Assembly: GCA_017390185.1 (NCBI GenBank)
Contig: JAFPCM010000170.1
Span: 1-52,522, forward strand
Reading direction: 5' to 3'
Source: Muribaculaceae bacterium
Lineage (GTDB): Bacteria > Bacteroidota > Bacteroidia > Bacteroidales > Muribaculaceae
DNA: 52,522 bases
Both the position numbers and the translations under genes were made by a program. The notes beneath the pieces are model-generated. The model was not told where the DNA came from. It ran no database searches and saw nothing but the letters and a program-made list of their open reading frames with translations. Below, one piece after another: positions 8,297 to 15,226 of this stretch. How positions within the stretch are numbered: position 1 is the stretch's first letter; each line of letters starts with the position of its first letter.

Positions 8297-8348
8297 CATT
8301 TTTGCCCATTTAATTGTTTGATAATTAAAGAATTTTGAGTATTTTGTG
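8297..8348 (+). repeat. Copy B of the ~50 bp promoter/hairpin module (slightly degenerate)
   Basis: CATTTTTGCCCATTTAATTGTTTGATAATTAAAGAATTTTGAGTATTTTGTGA. It aligns with 7978-8030 at roughly four of five positions. The -7 box is one T short. Confidence 0.65.
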
Positions 8349-8369
8349 AGTAAAGTTATACAAGAGCAT

Positions 8370-8638
8370 ATGGATATACAACTAATGCCGAGCATTATGC
8401 TCAAACTTTCGGACATTGAGCCGAACAAAGGGCAGATTGATGGTCTGCCCTGAACCCACGATTCATTAAGGATGACAAGTTCAAGAAACTCGTTAAGAGC
8501 ATTGAGGACAAACCCGAAATGACTGCCATGCGTGAGATTCTCGTTTATCCCATGCCCAATGGCAAGTATGTCATTATCGCAAGCGGAAAGGCTCGTTTGG
8601 CCAAGAAAAATGCTCGAAGTCGGTTGGCTTTTAGTTAA
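8370..8638 (+). pseudogene. Remnant of a ParB/Srx-like N-terminal domain gene (frameshifted and truncated)
   Basis: Frame 1 reads MDIQLMPSIMLKLSDIEPNKGQIDGLP then TGA at 8451. The +2 frame from 8453 continues NPRFIKDDKFKKLVKSIEDKPEMTAMREILVYPMPNGKYVIIASGK... and ends after about 60 more codons. The joined sequence matches the start of ParB-like nuclease-domain proteins common on Bacteroidales mobile elements. The rest of the gene is missing. Confidence 0.6.
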
Positions 8639-8697
8639 AATTGTTTATCCCGGTGAGTTTTGTGAGGAGATTTGGGGATTGTTTGGATAAGTGGGGT

Positions 8698-8705
8698 TAT
8701 CTTTG
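8698..8705 (+). promoter_or_regulatory. -7 promoter box (TATCTTTG) for the esterase gene
   Basis: Exact TAnnTTTG, 25 nt upstream of the ATG at 8730. Confidence 0.5.
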
Positions 8706-8729
8706 CATAAAATTGCAAACCTAACTAAC

Positions 8730-9809
8730 ATGAAAAAATTATTTTTTGTAATGGCCCTATGTGTGGCCTCATTGGCTAATGCAGCAGAGCCAGTGTTTTA
8801 TGATGCTCGTCAGTATGAAATTACCGGTACGGTTGTAAAGGACGCCGAAAATCCTTGGAATCGACTTCCAGTTGAACTTAAAGACACATTGCGCGGAGAG
8901 TTGTATGACCTCGGTTGCAACACTGCCGGCATGTCGGTGCGTTTTTCGTCAAATACAACATCTATTCGTGTAAAATGGAAATCGGTGTTAAAGCGTCGAA
9001 TGAATCATATGACACCCACCGGTATTCGTGGGCTTGATTTGTATGTGCTTCAAGATGATAATACCTGGACATTTGTAAGTAGTGTACGTCCCAATGTGAA
9101 TAGCAAAAATTCAAACTATTCGGTTGTTAATGGCATGTTGCCCAAGGATCGCGAATATATGATGTATTTGCCTTTGTATGATGGCGTTGACAGTCTTTAT
9201 ATCGGTGTAGACTCGGCGGCTACAATTGCAGCACCCAAGGTTAATCTGCCCGTTCGCGAGAAACCCATCGTAATGTATGGCACAAGCATTTTGCAAGGCG
9301 GTTGCGCAACACGTGCGGGTATGGCTCACACCAATATTTTGCAACGTGAACTTAATCGCGAGGTAATAAACCTCGGCTTTAGTGGTAATGCTCGCCTTGA
9401 TTTGCCTATCGCTGAATTGATGGGCGCGATTGATGCCGGTTTATATGTGATTGATGTGTTGCCCAACAACACTACCGAGAACCTCAAGAAAAATATTGAG
9501 CCGTTCTATCGCGCATTGCGTGCAGCAAATCCCGCTGTGCCAGTGTTGCTCATCGAAAGCCCCATGTTCCCTATCTATCGTTTCTGTCCTGATGTGGAAA
9601 AGGCTTTGCGTGAGAAAAATCAGGTGCTCAAAGATTTCTATGACAAACTCATTGCTGAAGGTGTGAAAGATGTCTATTATATGACTGCCGAAGAAATTCT
9701 CGGTGACGATGTTGAAGGCACTGTTGACAACTATCATTTCACCGACAAGGCTTTCCGCTATTTCGCTGACCAAATGCTTCCCCTTATTGAAAAATATTCT
9801 TTGAAATAA
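8730..9809 (+). CDS. Secreted SGNH-hydrolase esterase with N-terminal GxDLY beta-sandwich domain (carbohydrate O-acetylesterase-like)
   Basis: Start at MKKLFFVMALCVASLANA (signal peptide). GLDLY motif at 9030-9044. GTSILQGG nucleophile block, then GFSGNA and DNYHFTD blocks typical of SGNH hydrolases. Confidence 0.75.
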   Translation: MKKLFFVMALCVASLANAAEPVFYDARQYEITGTVVKDAENPWNRLPVELKDTLRGELYDLGCNTAGMSVRFSSNTTSIRVKWKSVLKRRMNHMTPTGIRGLDLYVLQDDNTWTFVSSVRPNVNSKNSNYSVVNGMLPKDREYMMYLPLYDGVDSLYIGVDSAATIAAPKVNLPVREKPIVMYGTSILQGGCATRAGMAHTNILQRELNREVINLGFSGNARLDLPIAELMGAIDAGLYVIDVLPNNTTENLKKNIEPFYRALRAANPAVPVLLIESPMFPIYRFCPDVEKALREKNQVLKDFYDKLIAEGVKDVYYMTAEEILGDDVEGTVDNYHFTDKAFRYFADQMLPLIEKYSLK

Positions 9810-9832
9810 GAAGGTAGAAATAAGATTAAGTG

Positions 9833-9880
9833 CGTCCACCATTTGATGCTCAGTTGAGCAGCGATGGTGGACGTGTTTTT
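9833..9880 (+). terminator. Intrinsic terminator after the esterase gene
   Basis: 10-bp stem CGTCCACCAT/ATGGTGGACG enclosing a second TGCTCA/TGAGCA stem, followed by TGTTTTT. Confidence 0.75.
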
Positions 9881-9977
9881 ATGTAGAATATGGTTGTTTA
9901 GCGGTTATTGTTAACCAAATAAAGTTAAGAAAACGGCCTAAAGAGCGTTAAATGGTCGCCGTTTCCGAAATTTTTGC

Positions 9978-9985
9978 TATTTTTG
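9978..9985 (+). promoter_or_regulatory. -7 promoter box (TATTTTTG) for the first GHL10 gene
   Basis: The only exact TAnnTTTG between the terminator and the ATG at 10071. It implies a leader of about 80 nt. Confidence 0.4.
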
Positions 9986-10070
9986 CCGTAAATTCCCCAT
10001 GGTATTGTTGTGGGGATTGGCCTAACTAATTAGAAATTAATAAAAATAGTAATAACCTTAAATTTAAATT

Positions 10071-13000
10071 ATGCTCAAGAATTTTAAGCATCTATTAGTA
10101 GCGGCTTCGTTGCTGTGTTTTATAGCCGGTAACGTGTTTGCTGCTAATCCTAAACGTGAGTTACGCTCGGCATGGTTCACGACAGTGTGGGGTATCGACT
10201 GGCCCTCAACATCAGGAACATCATCATCGGCTCAAACATCTCAAAAAAATCAGATGATTCAGTATCTCGACGGTTTTGAGGCAACAAACATGAATGGTTC
10301 ATGTTTTCAAGTTCGCTCAATGGGCGATGCCATGTATCCGTCAAAATATGCGCCATGGTCAAGTTATTTGACCGGTACTCGTGGCACAGATCCAGGTTGG
10401 GACCCGTTGGCATTTTTTGTTGAAGAGTCTCATAAACGCGGTTTGGAAGCCTATGTGTGGTTGAATCCTTACCGTTGGTCGTCGGGTACAGCATGGTCAA
10501 CTGCCATGGACAAGCAATGGGAGTCGGACGGTATGCTTATCGCAGGTACAGAAAACACATCATATAAGGTGTTTAACCCTGCATTGCCCGAAACCCGTCA
10601 ACTTATTGTAAATGTGGTTGAAGAAATTTTGGATAACTACAACATCGACGGTATTCTCTTTGACGACTATTTCTATCCCAGTGGTGGTACAACCGAATCA
10701 TCAAGTGCGCCCGACTACAGCGACTACCAGTCAAGCGGAACATCATTGTCGATTGGTGACTGGCGTCGTGAAAATGTCAACAAGATGGTAAAAGATGTTT
10801 ATGACGCTATCCAGGCAAAACGCCCTGACGTTCGCTTTGGTATCAGCCCTGCGGGTGTGTCAAGCAAATCGGCAAGCAAGTATGGTCTTTCTTCGCCCTC
10901 ATCTTATGGCGTTTCGGCTAGCGACTGGCAGTATGCTCAGATTTACAGTGACCCCTTGGCATGGCTAGCTGAAGGCACTATCGACTTTATCTCTCCCCAA
11001 TGTTATTGGCCTACAACTCACTCAACTGCGCCATATGAAAAATTGACAAAATGGTGGAGTTATGCAGCACCCAAATTTGGCCGTCATTATTATGCGAGTC
11101 AAGAGTCGTCAGACCTTGGCGGTGGCGAGTTGTCAAACAATACAAGCGGTTGGTCAGAAATGAACAATCAGATTTTGTTCAACCGTCAATATGACACAAA
11201 CAATGCTCCTGGTACAATCTTTTATAGCGCGGCATATATTAACGGCCACAAGGCTGATGGCTTTGGCGATTACTTGAAAGCAAACGCGTTTGCATACAAA
11301 TCTCTCACTCCCGTTGTCACATGGAAAACCGGTAGCACTTATGGCAAGGTGACCAATGCTGCATACAATAATGGAACGCTCTCATGGACTGAAACCACAA
11401 ACGGTAATGCGATTATCCGTTACACAGTATATGCAATGCCCATGTCGGTTACTATCAATGAAGCTAAAGCAAGTGACGGCGACGGATTTGCTGTAGAATA
11501 TCTCCAAGATGTTGTTTATGGCGGAACATATACTGTCGACACTGATAAACGTAGCAATTATTGGTATGCAGTGTGTGTATATGACGGTTATGGCCGCGAG
11601 CATGAAGCCGCTATTGTAGGTTATCCCGAAGGCGATTCTCAAAAAACCACACTCATTTCTCCCATTAATGGTGCAGCCGTTCAATGGTCACAAGAATTTA
11701 GTTGGAGTGCGGTGAGCAGCGCAACCTATGTGCTCGAAATTGCCGATAACTCATCGTTCTCAACTATCAAAATCCAAAAGACAGGCTTGACAGCAAACAA
11801 AGCGACAGTTGACCTCGGCGCATTGGATTCAAAAACTACCTATTATTGGCGAGTGCGTACAACACAAAGTGGCAAACTCGAATCGGTGAGTGATGTGGCT
11901 ACATTTGTCACAACAACTCGCCCAAGCGCCCCTAAAACATCGCTTTTGTCGCCTGCTGACGGTGCCGAAATTGACGATAGCTTTGCGTTTACATGGAGTG
12001 CTGTTAGTTGCGACAAATACACATTGCAAGTTGCTACTCAACGCGACTTCTCAACAATCAAGTATGAAAAGACTGTAGCTGAAACCTCTCATGCAATGAA
12101 GTTGTCAATGCTCGGCAAGGGCACATTCTATTGGCGAGTAATCACATCGGGCAGCGGTCTTGAAAACACAGTGTCTGACGTTCGCTCGTTTAACATTGCC
12201 AAAGTTGACGTAGGTAATTTTGAGCCTGGATATGAGGTGTTGATCGATAAAGCTAATGACTCATATTCTGACCAAGGCACAGTTACAGTAAACAATATAT
12301 GGTTCCGTTCGGTTCTTGATGATTATCAAAACATCACTTTTGCTGAAAACGGTTCGTTAAACCGCTCATTCTGTGCAGTTGGAGACTATGTGTATGTAGC
12401 ATCACGTTCAGAAAATTCTACATCAGCAAATATCTATCTCCGCAAATATGACGGCAAAACCGGTGAGATAGTTAGCGATATCATTCTCGGCGATGAAGGC
12501 AAGATTGCTTACTATCCTTGTAACACTGTTGTGAAAGACTCAAAAGGAAATGTCTGCATTGCAAACCTTTCGCTCAATATCAGCTCAACACCTATTGTGT
12601 TGCATAAGGTTGACCTTGAAACGGGTAATTTGACCCAATTGGCATCAATGACATATAGTGGTACTACATCACGCTGCGACCATATTGCATTGACAGGAGA
12701 TGTGTCAACAGGCAACTTCAAAGTATTTGCCGGATTTGCCAAATCAAAACGCGTAGTTCGTTGGTCGTTTACTAACGGCGTATTGTCAAATACCGAAAAT
12801 TGTTCGTTGAAATCTTTCTATCCTTCAGGTTTGAGTTATCCCGGAACAGCTCCTCTTGTAATTCCCATCGACGATAACACATTCTTCTTCAAAGGTGGTG
12901 ATACACAGTTGACAAAATACTCGTTCACAAACGGCTCAATTCTCGACTCGTTTAGCAACAATACATTATTGCAAGCTCAATCGGCAGTTGCAAATGGTGG

Positions 13001-13430
13001 TACTTGGTTTGAAATGAACGGTTCAAAATATGTGGTATATCCTTCATCTGACTTCTTGACTGGAGGTTATAAGTTCAATGTGGTGAAAACCGATTCATCA
13101 TTGTCATATAAGTCAATGTCGCTCATGTGGACACTCCCCAAAGATGGCATGGGTAGCGTTGAAAGCACTACTTACCAAGCACTTGCTGACTATGTTGAGA
13201 TTGACAAAGGTTATGTGAGAGTTTATTTGTTTGTGCCTGGCGACGGATTGTGTGCCTATGACATTATTGATACCTCTATTTGTGGCGTTGAAGGTGTTGA
13301 GGTTAACCAATCAGAAGCAACAGAGGTGGCTCGTTATGACTTGTTTGGCCGTTTGCTTTCACAACCTGCGCAAGGTGTGAATATCGTAAGAATGAGTGAC
13401 GGCACAACTCGCAAAGTAATAGTGAAATAA
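10071..13430 (+). CDS. GHL10-family (glycosyl hydrolase-like 10, ex-DUF187) multidomain protein with T9SS C-terminal sorting signal, paralogue 1 (1119 aa)
   Basis: Signal peptide (..GNVFA/ANP). RELRSAWFTTVWGIDWPS, AYVWLNPYR, FDDYFYP and RFGISPAG blocks are typical of GHL10 TIM-barrel proteins. These are followed by two ~90-aa FN3-like repeats, a ~370 aa region I cannot assign, and the C-terminus ARYDLFGRLLSQPAQGVNIVRMSDGTTRKVIVK. Confidence 0.8.
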   Translation: MLKNFKHLLVAASLLCFIAGNVFAANPKRELRSAWFTTVWGIDWPSTSGTSSSAQTSQKNQMIQYLDGFEATNMNGSCFQVRSMGDAMYPSKYAPWSSYLTGTRGTDPGWDPLAFFVEESHKRGLEAYVWLNPYRWSSGTAWSTAMDKQWESDGMLIAGTENTSYKVFNPALPETRQLIVNVVEEILDNYNIDGILFDDYFYPSGGTTESSSAPDYSDYQSSGTSLSIGDWRRENVNKMVKDVYDAIQAKRPDVRFGISPAGVSSKSASKYGLSSPSSYGVSASDWQYAQIYSDPLAWLAEGTIDFISPQCYWPTTHSTAPYEKLTKWWSYAAPKFGRHYYASQESSDLGGGELSNNTSGWSEMNNQILFNRQYDTNNAPGTIFYSAAYINGHKADGFGDYLKANAFAYKSLTPVVTWKTGSTYGKVTNAAYNNGTLSWTETTNGNAIIRYTVYAMPMSVTINEAKASDGDGFAVEYLQDVVYGGTYTVDTDKRSNYWYAVCVYDGYGREHEAAIVGYPEGDSQKTTLISPINGAAVQWSQEFSWSAVSSATYVLEIADNSSFSTIKIQKTGLTANKATVDLGALDSKTTYYWRVRTTQSGKLESVSDVATFVTTTRPSAPKTSLLSPADGAEIDDSFAFTWSAVSCDKYTLQVATQRDFSTIKYEKTVAETSHAMKLSMLGKGTFYWRVITSGSGLENTVSDVRSFNIAKVDVGNFEPGYEVLIDKANDSYSDQGTVTVNNIWFRSVLDDYQNITFAENGSLNRSFCAVGDYVYVASRSENSTSANIYLRKYDGKTGEIVSDIILGDEGKIAYYPCNTVVKDSKGNVCIANLSLNISSTPIVLHKVDLETGNLTQLASMTYSGTTSRCDHIALTGDVSTGNFKVFAGFAKSKRVVRWSFTNGVLSNTENCSLKSFYPSGLSYPGTAPLVIPIDDNTFFFKGGDTQLTKYSFTNGSILDSFSNNTLLQAQSAVANGGTWFEMNGSKYVVYPSSDFLTGGYKFNVVKTDSSLSYKSMSLMWTLPKDGMGSVESTTYQALADYVEIDKGYVRVYLFVPGDGLCAYDIIDTSICGVEGVEVNQSEATEVARYDLFGRLLSQPAQGVNIVRMSDGTTRKVIVK
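13314..13427 (+). other. T9SS C-terminal sorting signal (recognisable core) of paralogue 1
   Basis: YDLFGR...GVNIV...DGTTRKVIVK matches the YDxxGRxV / GxYxV / KxxxK pattern of Porphyromonas/Prevotella-type CTDs. Confidence 0.6.
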
Positions 13431-13451
13431 TACATCGAAATCATAGATAGC

Positions 13452-13491
13452 AAAAGCGTGAGTCAATTGACCCACGCTTTTGTGCTTTTTT
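13452..13491 (+). terminator. Intrinsic terminator after paralogue 1
   Basis: AAAAGCGTG...CACGCTTTT hairpin followed by GTGCTTTTTT. Confidence 0.7.
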
Positions 13492-13525
13492 AGGGTTAAA
13501 TGACTCTTGTTTCAACGAAATTTAG

Positions 13526-13533
13526 TAAGTTTG
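13526..13533 (+). promoter_or_regulatory. -7 promoter box (TAAGTTTG) for paralogue 2
   Basis: Lies within TTTAGTAAGTTTGCCAAT, which is repeated at 15188-15205. 28 nt upstream of the ATG at 13561. Confidence 0.55.
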
Positions 13534-13560
13534 CCAATAAATTCTTAAAACTGAAATATC

Positions 13561-15098
13561 ATGACAATTAAAACAATAGTAGCCGCCTTGTTGTTAGGGG
13601 CAACATCTATGAGTGTATTTGCGGTTAGCCCAAAACGAGAAATGCGTTCTACGTGGCTTACATCAGTCGAAAATATCGATTGGCCCTCGGTGAGGGGAGT
13701 GGGCGATTCTATTCAGCAAGTTCAGAAAAAAGAGTTGTGTGTGATACTCGATAGCCTTGAGGCGATAAACATGACCTCAACATGCTTGCAAGTTCGCTCT
13801 ATGGCCGATGCAATGTATCCGTCAAAATATGCACCATGGTCCTATTATTTGACCAATGAGCGAGGCGTCGACCCAGGTTGGAATCCGTTGGAATTTTTTG
13901 TGAATGAAGCACACAAACGCGGTATTGAAGCCTATGTGTGGCTCAATCCCTATCGTTGGGCGCAAGAATTGAGATGGAACACACCCATGGATAAGGCATG
14001 GAAAGACGCCGACATGTTTATCACGGGCGATGATGGCGAGTATGTGACATTTAATCCCGCATTGCCGGCTACACGCAAGCTGATAGTAAATGTCGTGACT
14101 GAAATACTTGAAAACTATGCAGTTGACGGTATCATATTTGATGATTATTTTTATCCGGGTGGAGGCACTACCGAGGGCGAAAACGCTCCCGATATCGAAG
14201 AATATAAGTCGAGCGGTACATCAATGCCAATAGGCGATTGGCGCCGTCGCAATGTAAATGATATGGTGGCCGATGTCTACAACGCAATTCAGTCGATAAA
14301 GCCTTATGTGCGATTTGGTATCAGTCCGGCAGGGGTAACCCGTCAGTCGGCCGAAGATTATGGCGTAAACACCGATTTGCTAGGTGTTGCACGCGATTGG
14401 CAGTACGACAAAATCTATTCCGACCCTTTGACATGGTATGTTGAGGGTACTGTTGATTTTGTGTCTCCGCAGTTGTATTGGAAAACCGATCATAAAACCA
14501 ATCCGTTTAGCCCGTTGTCAGATTGGTGGAGCGAGACTGCACAACAATATAACAGACATTTCTATGCAAGTCATGCGGTGTATTATTTGGCTAAAGAGCC
14601 GACACGCGCAAATATGGAGGAGATGGGTCAACAGGTGATGTGTTGTCGTCAACACACCGAAAATAATGCCGCCGGTAGCATTTATTTCAGCACAAAAAAT
14701 GTGAACGGACCTGCTGCCGCCAGGTTAGGCCAATATCTTAAAGAAGATCTTTATGCAACTCCCGCGCTTGTGCCGGTAGTGGAGTGGAAGCGTGGTAAGG
14801 AGTATGATCATGTAGAGAATGTGAATTTATCTCAAGAAGGTGTGTTGTCATGGACTGCGCCTCTAAATGCCGACGATGCATTGATTCGCTATACGTTTAT
14901 GCTGTGCCTGACGGTGTGGCTATGGACAAAGCATTAGCCGCTGACGGTGATGGCCTTGACGTTAAATATCTTCAGAAAGTGGTGTATGGCACCTCATATC
15001 AAATCCCGGTTGATAAGCAGAAAGGATATTGGTATGTAGTGAGAGCCTATGACGGCTATGGTCGTGAACATAACCCTATTAGTATCGGCATGGATTAA
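13561..15098 (+). pseudogene. GHL10-family paralogue 2: short form (catalytic domain plus beta-sandwich only), interrupted by a 1-nt frameshift
   Basis: ORF 13561-14937 is collinear with paralogues 1 and 3 up to ...ALIRYT. Homology then continues in the -1 frame (ORF 14850-15098: YAVPDGVAMDKALAADGDGLDVKYLQKVVYG...YDGYGREH). The break maps to the T-run at 14896-14898. There are no FN3-like repeats and no CTD. Confidence 0.7.
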
Positions 15099-15123
15099 GA
15101 ATAGTCGTGTTAATATATGATGT

Positions 15124-15159
15124 AAAAGCGAGTCGGAAACGGCTCGCTTTTGCTTTTTT
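15124..15159 (+). terminator. Intrinsic terminator after paralogue 2
   Basis: AAAAGCGAG...CTCGCTTTT hairpin followed by GCTTTTTT. Confidence 0.7.
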
Positions 15160-15192
15160 GTGAAAAAATTATGTAAATACAATGATTTTTAG

Positions 15193-15200
15193 TAAGTTTG
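15193..15200 (+). promoter_or_regulatory. -7 promoter box (TAAGTTTG) for paralogue 3
   Basis: Same TTTAGTAAGTTTGCCAAT context as at 13521-13538. 27 nt upstream of the ATG at 15227. Confidence 0.55.
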
Positions 15201-15226
15201 CCAATTAAAACCTTAAATTGAAATTA

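Noticed and set aside
9881-10070. Possible invertible (phase-variable) promoter upstream of the first GHL10 gene.
   Set aside because: Only short imperfect inverted repeats (5-7 bp) flank the -7 box, and no site-specific recombinase is nearby. This is not enough to call an invertible element.
12512-12742. An antisense ORF conserved between the two long GHL10 paralogues (12512-12742 and 17653-17955 give similar peptides).
   Set aside because: The conservation follows automatically from conservation of the sense strand. The frames differ in length and start, and no promoter box precedes them.
14893-14900. Programmed -1 ribosomal frameshifting as the explanation for the split middle paralogue.
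   Set aside because: There is no X-XXY-YYZ slippery heptamer (the sequence is ACG-TTT-ATG), and I saw no obvious downstream stimulatory structure. A 1-nt indel in a T-run, whether mutation or sequencing error, is simpler.
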